This document shows positions 22,528-35,043 of a stretch of DNA of 64,000 nucleotides, one piece after another. The stretch's first letter is position 1; every line of letters begins with the position of its first letter. The notes below the pieces were generated by a model. That model worked only from the letters and a program-made list of their open reading frames with translations. It did no database searches and had not been told where the DNA came from. The DNA comes from Escherichia coli (GTDB lineage Bacteria > Pseudomonadota > Gammaproteobacteria > Enterobacterales > Enterobacteriaceae): NCBI RefSeq assembly GCF_003991155.1, contig NZ_CP031293.1; one strand, written 5' to 3'. The translations under genes and the position numbers were made by a program.

Positions 22528-23637
22528 ATGAAACGGAATGCGAAAACTATCATCGCAGGGATGATTGCACTGACAATTTCACACACCGCTATGGCTGACG
22601 ATATTAAAGTCGCCGTTGTCGGCGCGATGTCCGGCCCGATTGCCCAGTGGGGCGATATGGAATTTAACGGCGCGCGTCAGGCAATTAAAGACATTAATGC
22701 CAAAGGGGGAATTAAGGGCGATAAACTGGTTGGCGTGGAATATGACGACGCCTGCGACCCGAAACAAGCCGTTGCGGTCGCCAACAAAATCGTTAACGAC
22801 GGCATTAAATATGTTATTGGTCATCTGTGTTCCTCCTCTACCCAACCTGCATCAGATATCTATGAAGACGAAGGTATTCTGATGATCTCGCCGGGAGCGA
22901 CCAATCCGGAGCTGACCCAACGCGGTTATCAATACATCATGCGTACTGCCGGGCTGGACTCTTCCCAGGGGCCAACGGCGGCAAAATACATTCTTGAGAC
23001 GGTGAAGCCCCAGCGCATCGCCATCATTCACGACAAACAACAGTATGGCGAAGGACTGGCACGTTCGGTGCAGGACGGGCTGAAAGCGGCTAACGCCAAC
23101 GTCGTCTTCTTCGACGGCATTACCGCTGGAGAGAAAGATTTCTCCGCGCTGATCGCCCGCCTGAAAAAAGAAAACATCGACTTCGTTTACTACGGCGGTT
23201 ACTACCCGGAAATGGGGCAGATGCTGCGCCAGGCCCGTTCCGTTGGCCTGAAAACCCAGTTTATGGGGCCGGAAGGTGTGGGTAATGCGTCGTTGTCGAA
23301 TATTGCTGGCGATGCTGCCGAAGGCATGTTGGTCACTATGCCAAAACGCTATGACCAGGATCCGGCAAACCAGGGCATCGTTGATGCGCTGAAAGCAGAC
23401 AAGAAAGATCCATCCGGGCCATATGTCTGGATCACCTACGCGGCGGTGCAATCTCTGGCAACAGCCCTTGAGCGTATCGGCAGCGATGAGCCGCTGGCGC
23501 TGGTGAAAGATTTAAAAGCTAACGGTGCAAATACCGTGATTGGGCCGCTGAACTGGGATGAAAAAGGCGATCTTAAGGGATTTGATTTTGGTGTCTTCCA
23601 GTGGCACGCCGACGGTTCATCCACGGCAGCCAAGTGA
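22528..23637 (+). CDS. livK: Leucine-specific binding protein LivK
   Basis: ORF track 22474..23637; start moved to [11 protein letters not shown] giving 369 aa. Confidence 0.95.
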   Translation: MKRNAKTIIAGMIALTISHTAMADDIKVAVVGAMSGPIAQWGDMEFNGARQAIKDINAKGGIKGDKLVGVEYDDACDPKQAVAVANKIVNDGIKYVIGHLCSSSTQPASDIYEDEGILMISPGATNPELTQRGYQYIMRTAGLDSSQGPTAAKYILETVKPQRIAIIHDKQQYGEGLARSVQDGLKAANANVVFFDGITAGEKDFSALIARLKKENIDFVYYGGYYPEMGQMLRQARSVGLKTQFMGPEGVGNASLSNIAGDAAEGMLVTMPKRYDQDPANQGIVDALKADKKDPSGPYVWITYAAVQSLATALERIGSDEPLALVKDLKANGANTVIGPLNWDEKGDLKGFDFGVFQWHADGSSTAAK

Positions 23638-23684
23638 TCATCCCACCGCCCGTGAAAAACGGGCGGGTTTAGAAAGGTTACCTT

Positions 23685-24611
23685 ATGTCTGAGCAGTTTT
23701 TGTATTTCTTGCAGCAGATGTTTAACGGCGTCACGCTGGGCAGTACCTACGCGCTGATAGCCATCGGCTACACCATGGTTTACGGCATTATCGGCATGAT
23801 CAACTTCGCCCACGGTGAGGTTTATATGATCGGCAGCTACGTCTCCTTTATGATCATCGCTGCACTGATGATGCTGGGAATTGATACCGGCTGGCTGCTG
23901 GTGGCGGCGGGATTCGTTGGCGCAATCGTCATTGCCAGCGCCTACGGCTGGAGTATCGAACGGGTGGCCTATCGCCCGGTGCGTAACTCTAAGCGCCTGA
24001 TTGCGCTCATCTCGGCAATCGGCATGTCCATCTTCCTGCAAAACTACGTCAGCCTGACCGAAGGTTCGCGCGACGTGGCGCTACCCAGCCTGTTTAACGG
24101 TCAGTGGGTTGTGGGCCATAGTGAAAACTTCTCTGCCTCTATTACCACCATGCAGGCGGTGATCTGGATTGTTACTTTCCTCGCCATGCTGGCGCTGACG
24201 ATTTTCATTCGCTATTCCCGCATGGGGCGCGCCTGTCGTGCCTGCGCGGAAGATCTGAAAATGGCGAGCCTGCTTGGCATCAACACCGATCGGGTGATTG
24301 CGCTGACCTTTGTGATTGGCGCGGCGATGGCGGCGGTGGCGGGTGTGCTGCTCGGTCAGTTCTACGGCGTAATTAACCCCTACATCGGCTTTATGGCCGG
24401 GATGAAAGCCTTTACCGCTGCGGTGCTCGGTGGGATTGGCAGCATTCCGGGAGCGATGATTGGCGGCCTGATTCTGGGGATTGCGGAGGCGCTCTCTTCT
24501 GCCTATCTGAGTACGGAATATAAAGATGTGGTCTCATTCGCCCTGCTGATTCTGGTGTTGCTGGTGATGCCGACCGGTATTCTGGGTCGCCCGGAGGTAG
24601 AGAAAGTATGA
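23685..24611 (+). CDS. livH: Branched-chain amino acid ABC permease LivH
   Basis: ORF track 308 aa membrane protein. Confidence 0.95.
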   Translation: MSEQFLYFLQQMFNGVTLGSTYALIAIGYTMVYGIIGMINFAHGEVYMIGSYVSFMIIAALMMLGIDTGWLLVAAGFVGAIVIASAYGWSIERVAYRPVRNSKRLIALISAIGMSIFLQNYVSLTEGSRDVALPSLFNGQWVVGHSENFSASITTMQAVIWIVTFLAMLALTIFIRYSRMGRACRACAEDLKMASLLGINTDRVIALTFVIGAAMAAVAGVLLGQFYGVINPYIGFMAGMKAFTAAVLGGIGSIPGAMIGGLILGIAEALSSAYLSTEYKDVVSFALLILVLLVMPTGILGRPEVEKV

Positions 24612-25885
24612 AACCGATGCATATTGCAATGGCGCTGCTCTCTGCCGCTATGTTCTTTGTGCTGGCGGGCGTCTTTATGGGCGTGCAACTGGAGCTGGAT
24701 GGCACCAAACTGGTGGTCGACACGGCTTCAGAGATCCGTTGGCAGTGGGTGTTTATCGGCACGGCGGTGGTCTTTTTCTTCCAGCTTTTGCGACCGGCTT
24801 TCCAGAAAGGGCTAAAAAGCGTTTCCGGGCCGAAGTTTATTCTGCCCGCGATTGATGGCTCCACGGTGAAGCAGAAACTGTTCCTCGTGGCGCTGCTGGT
24901 GCTTGCGGTGGCGTGGCCGTTTATGGTGTCACGCGGGACGGTGGATATCGCCACCCTGACCATGATCTACATTATTCTTGGTCTCGGGCTGAACGTGGTG
25001 GTAGGGCTTTCTGGTCTGCTGGTGCTGGGATACGGCGGCTTTTACGCCATCGGCGCTTACACTTTTGCGCTGCTCAATCACTATTACGGTCTGGGCTTCT
25101 GGACCTGTCTGCCGATTGCCGGGTTGATGGCGGCGGCGGCGGGCTTCCTGCTCGGCTTCCCGGTGTTGCGTCTGCGCGGTGACTATCTGGCGATCGTTAC
25201 CCTCGGTTTCGGCGAAATTGTGCGCATATTGCTGCTCAATAACACTGAAATCACCGGCGGTCCGAACGGAATCAGTCAGATCCCCAAACCGACACTCTTC
25301 GGACTCGAGTTCAGTCGTACTGCCCGCGAAGGCGGCTGGGACACGTTCAGTAATTTCTTTGGCCTGAAATACGATCCCTCCGATCGCGTCATTTTCCTCT
25401 ACCTGGTGGCGTTGCTGCTGGTGGTGTTAAGCCTGTTTGTCATTAACCGCCTGCTGCGGATGCCGCTGGGCCGCGCGTGGGAAGCGTTGCGTGAAGATGA
25501 AATCGCTTGTCGTTCGCTGGGCTTAAGCCCGCGTCGTATCAAGCTGACTGCTTTTACCATCAGTGCCGCGTTTGCCGGTTTTGCCGGAACGCTGTTCGCG
25601 GCGCGTCAGGGCTTTGTCAGTCCGGAATCCTTCACCTTTGCCGAATCGGCGTTTGTGCTGGCGATAGTGGTGCTCGGCGGTATGGGCTCGCAATTTGCAG
25701 TGATTCTGGCGGCAGTTCTGCTGGTGGTATCGCGCGAGTTGATGCGTGATTTCAACGAATACAGCATGTTAATGCTCGGTGGTTTGATGGTGCTGATGAT
25801 GATCTGGCGTCCGCAGGGTTTGCTGCCCATGACGCGCCCGCAACTCAAGCTGAAAAACGGCGCAGCAAAAGGAGAGCAGGCATGA
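24608..25885 (+). CDS. livM: Branched-chain amino acid ABC permease LivM
   Basis: ORF track 425 aa membrane protein; 4-nt overlap with livH. Confidence 0.95.
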   Translation: MKPMHIAMALLSAAMFFVLAGVFMGVQLELDGTKLVVDTASEIRWQWVFIGTAVVFFFQLLRPAFQKGLKSVSGPKFILPAIDGSTVKQKLFLVALLVLAVAWPFMVSRGTVDIATLTMIYIILGLGLNVVVGLSGLLVLGYGGFYAIGAYTFALLNHYYGLGFWTCLPIAGLMAAAAGFLLGFPVLRLRGDYLAIVTLGFGEIVRILLLNNTEITGGPNGISQIPKPTLFGLEFSRTAREGGWDTFSNFFGLKYDPSDRVIFLYLVALLLVVLSLFVINRLLRMPLGRAWEALREDEIACRSLGLSPRRIKLTAFTISAAFAGFAGTLFAARQGFVSPESFTFAESAFVLAIVVLGGMGSQFAVILAAVLLVVSRELMRDFNEYSMLMLGGLMVLMMIWRPQGLLPMTRPQLKLKNGAAKGEQA

Positions 25886-26649
25886 GTCAGCCATTATTAT
25901 CTGTTAACGGCCTGATGATGCGCTTCGGCGGCCTGCTGGCGGTGAACAACGTCAATCTCGAACTGTACCCGCAGGAGATCGTCTCGTTAATCGGCCCTAA
26001 CGGTGCCGGAAAAACCACGGTCTTCAACTGCCTGACCGGATTCTATAAACCCACCGGCGGCACCATTTTACTGCGCGATCAGCATCTGGAAGGTTTACCG
26101 GGGCAGCAAATTGCCCGCATGGGCGTGGTGCGCACCTTCCAGCATGTACGTCTGTTCCGTGAAATGACGGTGATTGAAAACCTGCTGGTGGCACAGCATC
26201 AGCAACTGAAAACCGGGCTGTTCTCCGGCCTGTTGAAAACACCCTCTTTCCGTCGCGCCCAGAGCGAAGCGCTCGACCGCGCCGCCACCTGGCTTGAGCG
26301 CATTGGTTTGCTGGAACATGCCAACCGTCAGGCGAGTAACCTGGCCTATGGTGACCAGCGCCGTCTGGAGATTGCCCGCTGTATGGTGACGCAGCCGGAG
26401 ATTTTAATGCTCGACGAACCGGCAGCAGGTCTTAACCCGAAAGAGACGAAAGAGCTGGATGAGCTGATTGCCGAACTGCGTAACCATCACAACACCACTA
26501 TCTTGTTGATTGAACATGATATGAAGCTGGTGATGGGGATTTCAGACAGAATTTACGTGGTCAATCAGGGGACGCCGCTGGCAAACGGTACACCGGAGCA
26601 GATCCGTAATAACCCGGACGTGATCCGTGCCTATTTAGGTGAGGCATAA
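25882..26649 (+). CDS. livG: Branched-chain amino acid ABC ATPase LivG
   Basis: ORF track 255 aa; Walker [10 protein letters not shown]. Confidence 0.95.
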   Translation: MSQPLLSVNGLMMRFGGLLAVNNVNLELYPQEIVSLIGPNGAGKTTVFNCLTGFYKPTGGTILLRDQHLEGLPGQQIARMGVVRTFQHVRLFREMTVIENLLVAQHQQLKTGLFSGLLKTPSFRRAQSEALDRAATWLERIGLLEHANRQASNLAYGDQRRLEIARCMVTQPEILMLDEPAAGLNPKETKELDELIAELRNHHNTTILLIEHDMKLVMGISDRIYVVNQGTPLANGTPEQIRNNPDVIRAYLGEA

Positions 26650-26650
26650 G

Positions 26651-27364
26651 ATGGAAAAAGTCATATTGTCCTTTGACAAAGTCAGCGCCCACTACGGCAA
26701 AATCCAGGCGCTGCATGAGGTGAGCCTGCATATCAATCAGGGCGAGATTGTCACCCTCATTGGCGCGAACGGGGCGGGGAAAACCACCTTGCTCAGCACG
26801 TTATGCGGCGATCCGCGCGCCACCAGTGGGCGAATTGTGTTTGATGATAAAGACATTACCGACTGGCAGACAGCGAAAATCATGCGCGAAGCGGTGGCGA
26901 TTGTTCCGGAAGGGCGTCGTGTTTTCTCGCGGATGACGGTGGAAGAGAACCTGGCGATGGGCGGCTTTTTTGCCGAACGCGACCAGTTCCAGGAGCGCAT
27001 AAAGTGGGTCTATGAACTGTTTCCACGTCTGCATGAGCGCCGTATTCAGCGGGCGGGCACCATGTCCGGCGGTGAACAGCAGATGCTGGCGATTGGTCGC
27101 GCGCTGATGAGCAATCCGCGTTTGTTGTTACTTGATGAGCCATCGCTCGGTCTTGCGCCGATTATCATCCAGCAAATTTTCGACACCATCGAGCAGCTGC
27201 GCGAGCAGGGGATGACTATCTTCCTCGTCGAGCAGAACGCCAACCAGGCGCTAAAGCTGGCGGATCGCGGCTACGTGCTGGAAAACGGTCATGTTGTGCT
27301 CTCCGATACTGGTGATGCGCTGCTGGCGAACGAAGCGGTGAGAAATGCGTATTTAGGCGGGTAA
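26651..27364 (+). CDS. livF: Branched-chain amino acid ABC ATPase LivF
   Basis: ORF track 26639..27364; start moved to MEKVILSF giving 237 aa; Walker A GANGAGKTT. Confidence 0.95.
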   Translation: MEKVILSFDKVSAHYGKIQALHEVSLHINQGEIVTLIGANGAGKTTLLSTLCGDPRATSGRIVFDDKDITDWQTAKIMREAVAIVPEGRRVFSRMTVEENLAMGGFFAERDQFQERIKWVYELFPRLHERRIQRAGTMSGGEQQMLAIGRALMSNPRLLLLDEPSLGLAPIIIQQIFDTIEQLREQGMTIFLVEQNANQALKLADRGYVLENGHVVLSDTGDALLANEAVRNAYLGG

Positions 27365-27424
27365 TAACACGTTGATTGATAAGGAGTCAAAAGACTCCTT
27401 TGAGACAGGTTACAAATGTAAAAT

Positions 27425-27527
<103 letters not shown>

Positions 27528-27619
27528 AAACGATGAGCAATCTGTAGAGTTTGATTCAGACCTTCTATTTTTCCCGCTTATCCGTGCCCCATCTCCCATT
27601 TTCCCTCGCCCGCGCCGTC

Positions 27620-27730
27620 ACCGCCTTGTCATCTTTCTGACACCTTACTATCTTAAAAATGTAACAAAAAAGTTATTTTTCTGTAATTCGAGCATGTCAT
27701 GTTACCCCGCGAGCATAAAACGCGTGAATT
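27620..27730 (+). promoter_or_regulatory. ugpB promoter region with Pho-box-like repeats
   Basis: ttgtcat-cttt-ctgacac at 27626..27643 and ctgtaat...catgtcat around 27681..27705 resemble PhoB boxes; ugp is an established Pho regulon operon. Confidence 0.5.
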
Positions 27731-27761
27731 CGCGCATTCGGTACAACAAGAGAGATAAACG

Positions 27762-29078
27762 ATGAAACCGTTACATTATACAGCTTCAGCACTGGCGCTC
27801 GGACTGGCGTTAATGGGGAATGCACAGGCAGTGACGACCATTCCGTTCTGGCATTCTATGGAAGGGGAACTGGGTAAAGAGGTGGATTCTCTGGCCCAAC
27901 GTTTTAACGCCGAAAACCCGGATTACAAAATTGTACCGACCTATAAAGGCAACTACGAACAGAATTTAAGCGCGGGGATTGCCGCATTTCGTACCGGCAA
28001 CGCTCCGGCTATTTTGCAGGTTTATGAAGTTGGCACCGCCACCATGATGGCGTCGAAAGCCATTAAACCGGTGTATGACGTATTTAAAGAGGCGGGGATT
28101 CAATTCGATGAGTCGCAGTTTGTGCCGACGGTTTCCGGTTACTACTCCGACAGCAAAACTGGGCACTTACTTTCCCAGCCGTTCAACAGTTCGACCCCCG
28201 TTCTCTATTACAACAAAGACGCCTTCAAGAAAGCAGGATTAGACCCGGAACAACCGCCGAAAACCTGGCAGGATCTGGCGGACTATGCCGCAAAACTGAA
28301 AGCCTCCGGTATGAAGTGCGGCTACGCCAGCGGCTGGCAGGGATGGATCCAACTGGAAAACTTTAGCGCCTGGAACGGTTTGCCGTTTGCCAGCAAAAAC
28401 AACGGCTTTGACGGCACAGACGCGGTGCTTGAGTTCAACAAGCCGGAGCAGGTGAAACACATCGCCATGCTCGAAGAGATGAACAAGAAGGGCGATTTCA
28501 GCTACGTTGGGCGTAAGGATGAATCCACTGAGAAGTTCTATAACGGTGATTGCGCGATGACGACCGCCTCTTCCGGTTCTCTTGCCAACATTCGCGAGTA
28601 CGCCAAATTTAACTATGGCGTAGGCATGATGCCTTACGATGCCGATGCGAAAGACGCGCCGCAAAACGCCATTATCGGCGGAGCCAGTCTATGGGTAATG
28701 CAGGGTAAAGATAAAGAAACCTACACCGGCGTGGCGAAGTTCCTCGACTTCCTCGCAAAGCCAGAAAACGCTGCCGAGTGGCATCAGAAAACCGGCTATC
28801 TGCCAATCACTAAAGCGGCGTATGACCTGACCCGTGAGCAGGGCTTTTACGAGAAAAACCCAGGGGCGGATACCGCGACGCGTCAGATGCTGAACAAGCC
28901 GCCGTTGCCGTTCACCAAAGGGCTGCGTCTGGGCAACATGCCGCAGATCCGCGTGATTGTGGATGAAGAGCTGGAGAGCGTGTGGACCGGTAAGAAGACG
29001 CCACAGCAGGCGCTGGATACCGCCGTTGAGCGTGGGAATCAGTTACTGCGCCGCTTTGAGAAATCGACGAAGTCTTAA
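27762..29078 (+). CDS. ugpB: sn-glycerol-3-phosphate-binding periplasmic protein UgpB
   Basis: ORF track 438 aa with signal peptide. Confidence 0.95.
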   Translation: MKPLHYTASALALGLALMGNAQAVTTIPFWHSMEGELGKEVDSLAQRFNAENPDYKIVPTYKGNYEQNLSAGIAAFRTGNAPAILQVYEVGTATMMASKAIKPVYDVFKEAGIQFDESQFVPTVSGYYSDSKTGHLLSQPFNSSTPVLYYNKDAFKKAGLDPEQPPKTWQDLADYAAKLKASGMKCGYASGWQGWIQLENFSAWNGLPFASKNNGFDGTDAVLEFNKPEQVKHIAMLEEMNKKGDFSYVGRKDESTEKFYNGDCAMTTASSGSLANIREYAKFNYGVGMMPYDADAKDAPQNAIIGGASLWVMQGKDKETYTGVAKFLDFLAKPENAAEWHQKTGYLPITKAAYDLTREQGFYEKNPGADTATRQMLNKPPLPFTKGLRLGNMPQIRVIVDEELESVWTGKKTPQQALDTAVERGNQLLRRFEKSTKS

Positions 29079-29087
29079 TCAGTGTAA

Positions 29088-29157
29088 TGTCGGATGCGTT
29101 TCGCTTATCTGACCTGGCATCGCGTGTAGGCCGGATAAGCGAAGCGCATCCGGCACA
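29088..29157. repeat. REP element pair
   Basis: gtcggatgcgtttcgcttatctgacc and tgtaggccggataagcgaagcgcatccggca read from sequence. Confidence 0.65.
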
Positions 29158-29175
29158 GTTCAGGAATTAACTGTA

Positions 29176-30063
29176 ATGTCATCATCCCGTCCGGTGTTCC
29201 GCTCGCGCTGGCTGCCTTATCTGCTGGTCGCGCCGCAGCTCATCATCACCGTTATCTTTTTTATCTGGCCTGCGGGTGAAGCGTTGTGGTACTCGCTGCA
29301 AAGTGTCGATCCGTTTGGTTTTTCCAGCCAGTTTGTCGGCCTGGATAACTTCGTCACGCTGTTTCATGACAGCTATTATCTCGACTCCTTCTGGACGACG
29401 ATAAAATTCAGCACCTTTGTCACCGTCAGCGGTTTGCTGGTGTCACTGTTCTTCGCGGCGTTGGTGGAGTACATCGTGCGCGGCAGCCGTTTCTATCAAA
29501 CCTTAATGCTGCTGCCTTACGCTGTGGCTCCCGCCGTTGCCGCCGTATTATGGATCTTCCTGTTTAACCCTGGTCGCGGGCTGATCACCCATTTTCTCGC
29601 TGAGTTCGGCTACGACTGGAACCACGCGCAAAACAGCGGTCAGGCAATGTTTCTGGTGGTGTTTGCCTCAGTATGGAAGCAAATCAGCTACAACTTCCTG
29701 TTCTTCTATGCCGCGCTGCAATCCATTCCCCGTTCGTTGATCGAAGCCGCAGCCATCGACGGTGCAGGGCCGATTCGCCGCTTCTTTAAGATTGCGCTGC
29801 CGCTTATCGCCCCGGTGAGTTTCTTCCTGCTGGTAGTGAACCTGGTGTATGCCTTCTTCGACACCTTCCCGGTGATCGACGCCGCCACGTCCGGCGGGCC
29901 GGTTCAGGCCACCACGACGCTGATTTATAAGATCTACCGCGAAGGTTTTACCGGACTGGATCTGGCTTCGTCTGCCGCACAGTCGGTGGTGTTGATGTTC
30001 CTCGTCATCGTGCTGACGGTGGTGCAGTTCCGCTATGTTGAAAGCAAGGTGCGTTACCAATGA
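29176..30063 (+). CDS. ugpA: G3P ABC permease UgpA
   Basis: ORF track 295 aa membrane protein. Confidence 0.95.
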
Positions 30064-30905
30064 TTGAGAACCGTCCGTGGCTGACGATATTCAGCCATAC
30101 CATGCTGATCCTCGGGATCGCGGTGATCCTCTTCCCGCTGTACGTGGCGTTTGTCGCGGCGACGCTGGATAAACAGGCCGTCTATGCCGCGCCGATGACG
30201 CTCATCCCCGGCACACATCTGCTGGAAAACATCCACAACATCTGGGTGAACGGGGTAGGCACGAATAGCGCGCCGTTCTGGCGGATGTTGCTTAACAGCT
30301 TTGTGATGGCGTTCAGCATTACGCTCGGCAAAATTACCGTCTCGATGCTCTCGGCATTTGCCATTGTCTGGTTTCGTTTTCCGCTACGTAACCTCTTCTT
30401 CTGGATGATTTTTATCACCCTGATGCTGCCGGTTGAAGTACGTATCTTCCCGACGGTGGAAGTCATCGCCAACCTGCAGATGCTCGACAGCTACGCCGGT
30501 TTAACGCTGCCGCTGATGGCCTCGGCGACCGCTACTTTCCTGTTCCGCCAGTTCTTTATGACGCTGCCGGATGAGCTGGTGGAAGCCGCGCGGATCGACG
30601 GCGCATCGCCAATGCGCTTCTTTTGCGACATCGTTTTTCCGCTCTCCAAAACTAATCTGGCGGCGCTGTTTGTGATCACCTTTATCTACGGCTGGAATCA
30701 GTATTTGTGGCCGTTGTTGATTATTACCGACGTTGATCTCGGCACCACCGTGGCAGGGATCAAAGGGATGATCGCCACTGGCGAAGGCACCACGGAATGG
30801 AACTCGGTAATGGCGGCGATGTTGTTAACGCTTATCCCTCCGGTGGTGATTGTTTTAGTGATGCAGCGTGCCTTCGTGCGCGGCCTGGTCGATAGTGAGA
30901 AATAA
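30060..30905 (+). CDS. ugpE: G3P ABC permease UgpE
   Basis: ORF track 281 aa membrane protein; 4-nt overlap with ugpA. Confidence 0.95.
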
Positions 30906-30906
30906 G

Positions 30907-31977
30907 ATGGCAGGACTGAAATTACAGGCAGTAACCAAAAGCTGGGATGGCAAAACCCAGGTGATTAAACCACTGACCCTTGATGTGGCGGATGGCGAAT
31001 TTATCGTGATGGTCGGGCCGTCTGGCTGCGGAAAATCGACGCTGCTGCGCATGGTTGCCGGGCTGGAGCGGGTGACGGAAGGCGATATCTGGATCAACGA
31101 CCAGCGCGTGACCGAAATGGAGCCGAAAGATCGCGGGATTGCGATGGTGTTCCAGAACTACGCGCTTTATCCGCATATGAGCGTCGAAGAAAACATGGCG
31201 TGGGGGCTGAAAATTCGCGGCATGGGCAAGCAGCAAATAGCCGAGCGCGTTAAAGAAGCGGCGCGCATTCTGGAGCTGGATGGCCTGCTTAAGCGCCGCC
31301 CGCGCGAGCTATCCGGCGGTCAGCGTCAGCGTGTGGCGATGGGTCGCGCGATTGTGCGCGATCCGGCGGTGTTCCTGTTTGATGAGCCGCTCTCTAACCT
31401 CGATGCCAAGCTGCGCGTGCAGATGCGCCTTGAGCTGCAACAGCTGCACCGTCGCCTGAAAACGACTTCACTCTACGTTACTCACGATCAGGTTGAAGCG
31501 ATGACGCTCGCCCAGCGAGTAATGGTGATGAACGGCGGCGTTGCCGAACAGATTGGCACACCAGTTGAAGTCTACGAAAAGCCCGCCAGCCTGTTTGTAG
31601 CGAGTTTTATCGGCAGTCCGGCGATGAACCTGCTGACAGGCCGCGTGAATAACGAAGGCACGCATTTCGAACTGGACGGCGGTATTGAGCTGCCGCTAAA
31701 CGGTGGCTACCGTCAGTATGCCGGGCGTAAAATGACTCTCGGCATTCGCCCGGAACATATTGCGCTAAGCTCGCAGGCAGAAGGCGGCGTACCGCTGGTG
31801 ATGGACACGCTGGAGATCCTCGGCGCAGATAACCTGGCGCACGGACGCTGGGGCGAGCAGAAGCTGGTGGTGCGACTGGCGCATCAGGAGCGCCCGACGG
31901 CAGGCAGCACGCTGTGGCTGCATCTGGCGGAAAATCAGCTGCATCTTTTTGATGGTGAAACAGGACAACGAGTATGA
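30907..31977 (+). CDS. ugpC: G3P ABC ATPase UgpC
   Basis: ORF track 30868..31977; start moved to MAGLKLQAV giving 356 aa; Walker [10 protein letters not shown]. Confidence 0.95.
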   Translation: MAGLKLQAVTKSWDGKTQVIKPLTLDVADGEFIVMVGPSGCGKSTLLRMVAGLERVTEGDIWINDQRVTEMEPKDRGIAMVFQNYALYPHMSVEENMAWGLKIRGMGKQQIAERVKEAARILELDGLLKRRPRELSGGQRQRVAMGRAIVRDPAVFLFDEPLSNLDAKLRVQMRLELQQLHRRLKTTSLYVTHDQVEAMTLAQRVMVMNGGVAEQIGTPVEVYEKPASLFVASFIGSPAMNLLTGRVNNEGTHFELDGGIELPLNGGYRQYAGRKMTLGIRPEHIALSSQAEGGVPLVMDTLEILGADNLAHGRWGEQKLVVRLAHQERPTAGSTLWLHLAENQLHLFDGETGQRV

Positions 31978-32717
31978 GTAACTGGCCTTATCCCCGCATC
32001 GTCGCTCATCGTGGCGGCGGTAAGCTGGCCCCGGAAAACACCCTGGCGGCAATCGACGTCGGGGCAAAATACGGTCATAAAATGATCGAATTTGACGCGA
32101 AGTTATCGAAAGATGGCGAGATCTTCCTGCTCCATGACGACAATCTCGAACGCACCAGCAACGGCTGGGGCGTCGCGGGTGAACTGAACTGGCAGGATTT
32201 ACTGCGCGTGGATGCGGGCAGTTGGTACAGCAAAGCGTTTAAAGGTGAGCCGCTGCCGTTGCTTTCGCAGGTGGCGGAACGCTGTCGCGAACACGGGATG
32301 ATGGCGAATATCGAAATCAAACCCACCACTGGCACTGGACCATTAACGGGCAAAATGGTGGCGCTGGCGGCACGCCAACTGTGGGCCGGTATGACGCCGC
32401 CGCTGCTGTCATCGTTTGAGATTGATGCTTTAGAAGCTGCACAGCTGGCGGCACCGGAACTGCCGCGTGGTTTATTGCTTGATGAGTGGCGCGACGACTG
32501 GCGCGAACTGACCGCGCGGCTGGGCTGCGTCTCTATTCATCTCAATCATAAGTTACTCGATAAAGTGCGAGTGATGCAGTTGAAAGACGCCGGACTGCGG
32601 ATTCTGGTTTATACCGTCAATAAACCCCAGCGCGCGGCAGAGTTGCTGCGCTGGGGCGTGGATTGCATCTGTACCGATGCGATTGACGTGATTGGTCCGA
32701 ACTTTACGGCCCAATAG
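31974..32717 (+). CDS. ugpQ: Glycerophosphodiester phosphodiesterase UgpQ
   Basis: ORF track 247 aa; 4-nt overlap with ugpC. Confidence 0.93.
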
Positions 32718-33144
32718 TTTTCAACGGAATGTCAGGCTGCGGCGTGCTGGGCTGATTCAGCATGTCGCCGTTTCTCCTCTCCGGCAGCATATGCTGCTGA
32801 TTCAACGAACTATCCGGATTACGGTTGCTGTTTAACATCCCGCCGTTGGTGTTGGGCAGCATTTGCTGCCGGGCGGGATTTCGCTCCCCCGGCTGTGACT
32901 GCAACACCCGCTGAGAATTATTGTTTATCTGGTTTTCTAAATGCTGCTGTTGCAACTGAGTTTGCGTTTTCAGTTGCTGATTCAGCATCCCTTTTTGCTG
33001 GATTTGCTGAGTCTGCATCTGGGTTTGCATCCGCTGCTGGCTGGGTATCTGATACCCCGGCTGGTTAGGGTTGTTCAGAGTATTAATGGGCTGTGCAAAG
33101 CCGACAAACGGCAGGAGTGCCGTAAGAATCAGAAGTCGTTTCAT
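32704..33144 (-). CDS. yhhA: Gln-rich secreted protein YhhA (DUF2756)
   Basis: ORF track 146 aa; signal peptide, Q-rich low-complexity body; synteny. Confidence 0.85.
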
Positions 33145-33263
33145 CGCGTATCCTCCTCTGAAGATATCCTTTAAGTTTACTCGCTTCCCGACAAAACGAT
33201 GATTAATTCAGAGTTATATACCAGGCTTAGCTGGGGTTGCCCCTTAATCTCTGGAGAATAACG

Positions 33264-35006
33264 ATGATAAAACCGACGTTTTTACGCCGGGTGGCCATTG
33301 CTGCTCTGCTCTCAGGAAGTTGTTTTAGCGCCGCCGCCGCGCCTCCTGCGCCGCCCGTCTCGTATGGTGTGGAGGAAGATGTCTTCCACCCGGTACGCGC
33401 GAAACAGGGAATGGTAGCGTCTGTGGACGCCACTGCCACTCAGGTGGGGGTGGATATTCTCAAGGAGGGCGGGAATGCCGTTGATGCCGCCGTGGCGGTG
33501 GGCTACGCGCTGGCGGTAACGCATCCGCAGGCAGGGAATCTGGGCGGTGGTGGTTTTATGTTAATCCGCTCGAAAAATGGCAATACCACGGCTATCGATT
33601 TCCGCGAAATGGCACCCGCCAAAGCGACCCGCGATATGTTCCTCGATGATCAGGGCAACCCGGACAGCAAAAAATCACTCACTTCGCATCTGGCTTCCGG
33701 CACACCGGGTACGGTAGCAGGTTTCTCGCTGGCGCTGGATAAATACGGCACCATGCCGCTGAACAAAGTCGTGCAGCCCGCGTTTAAACTGGCACGCGAT
33801 GGTTTTATCGTTAACGACGCGCTGGCTGACGATCTCAAAACCTACGGTAGCGAAGTGTTGCCGAATCACGAAAACAGTAAAGCTATCTTCTGGAAAGAGG
33901 GCGAGCCGCTGAAAAAGGGCGACACGCTGGTGCAGGCGAACCTGGCAAAGAGCCTGGAGATGATTGCTGAAAACGGCCCGGACGAATTCTATAAAGGCAC
34001 GATTGCGGAACAGATCGCCCAGGAGATGCAGAAAAACGGTGGCTTGATCACTAAAGAAGATTTAGCAGCCTATAAAGCGGTCGAACGTACTCCGATAAGC
34101 GGCGATTATCGCGGGTATCAGGTTTACTCCATGCCACCGCCATCCTCCGGCGGGATCCATATCGTACAAATCCTCAATATTCTGGAAAACTTCGATATGA
34201 AGAAATACGGCTTTGGCAGCGCCGATGCGATGCAAATCATGGCAGAAGCGGAGAAATACGCCTACGCCGACCGCTCGGAATATCTTGGCGACCCGGATTT
34301 TGTCAAAGTACCGTGGCAGGCGCTGACCAATAAAGCCTATGCCAAATCTATTGCCGATCAAATTGATATCAATAAAGCGAAGCCATCCAGCGAAATTCGC
34401 CCCGGCAAGCTTGCGCCTTATGAGAGTAATCAAACTACCCATTACTCAGTGGTGGATAAAGACGGCAACGCGGTGGCGGTGACCTATACGCTGAACACCA
34501 CCTTCGGGACGGGCATTGTCGCGGGCGAGAGCGGTATTCTGCTTAATAACCAGATGGATGATTTCTCCGCCAAACCGGGCGTACCGAACGTTTACGGGCT
34601 GGTGGGCGGTGATGCCAACGCGGTTGGGCCGAACAAACGCCCGCTGTCGTCGATGTCACCAACCATTGTGGTGAAAGACGGTAAAACCTGGCTGGTTACC
34701 GGTAGCCCTGGCGGGAGTCGGATTATTACCACCGTGCTGCAAATGGTGGTGAATAGCATCGATTATGGCATGAATGTCGCCGAAGCGACCAATGCACCGC
34801 GTTTCCACCATCAGTGGTTGCCGGACGAGCTGCGTGTCGAAAAAGGGTTTAGCCCGGATACGCTCAAGCTGCTGGAAGCAAAAGGTCAGAAAGTGGCGCT
34901 GAAAGAGGCGATGGGCAGTACACAAAGCATTATGGTTGGGCCGGACGGTGAGTTGTACGGCGCATCTGACCCGCGCTCGGTGGATGATTTAACGGCGGGG
35001 TATTAA
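33264..35006 (+). CDS. ggt: Gamma-glutamyltranspeptidase
   Basis: ORF track 33237..35006; start moved to MIKPTFLRR giving 580 aa; signal peptide; autoprocessing Thr region (...QTTHYSV...). Confidence 0.95.
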   Translation: MIKPTFLRRVAIAALLSGSCFSAAAAPPAPPVSYGVEEDVFHPVRAKQGMVASVDATATQVGVDILKEGGNAVDAAVAVGYALAVTHPQAGNLGGGGFMLIRSKNGNTTAIDFREMAPAKATRDMFLDDQGNPDSKKSLTSHLASGTPGTVAGFSLALDKYGTMPLNKVVQPAFKLARDGFIVNDALADDLKTYGSEVLPNHENSKAIFWKEGEPLKKGDTLVQANLAKSLEMIAENGPDEFYKGTIAEQIAQEMQKNGGLITKEDLAAYKAVERTPISGDYRGYQVYSMPPPSSGGIHIVQILNILENFDMKKYGFGSADAMQIMAEAEKYAYADRSEYLGDPDFVKVPWQALTNKAYAKSIADQIDINKAKPSSEIRPGKLAPYESNQTTHYSVVDKDGNAVAVTYTLNTTFGTGIVAGESGILLNNQMDDFSAKPGVPNVYGLVGGDANAVGPNKRPLSSMSPTIVVKDGKTWLVTGSPGGSRIITTVLQMVVNSIDYGMNVAEATNAPRFHHQWLPDELRVEKGFSPDTLKLLEAKGQKVALKEAMGSTQSIMVGPDGELYGASDPRSVDDLTAGY

Positions 35007-35011
35007 GGTTA

Positions 35012-35040
35012 GCGGCCCTCTTAGTGGGAAGAGGGCCGTA
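35012..35040. terminator. Bidirectional hairpin between ggt and yrhB frame
   Basis: cggccctctt ... aagagggccg inverted repeat read from sequence. Confidence 0.5.
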
Positions 35041-35043
35041 TTG

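Noticed and set aside
22852-23451. 199-aa ORF antisense to livK and similar antisense ORFs across liv, ugp and glg genes
   Set aside because: Shadow ORFs in the reverse frame of confidently identified genes.
32704-33144. Gln-rich low-complexity ORF (yhhA) considered as a possible repeat-protein or prion-like novelty
   Set aside because: Corresponds to the known conserved secreted protein YhhA with a signal peptide; the low complexity is intrinsic to the family.
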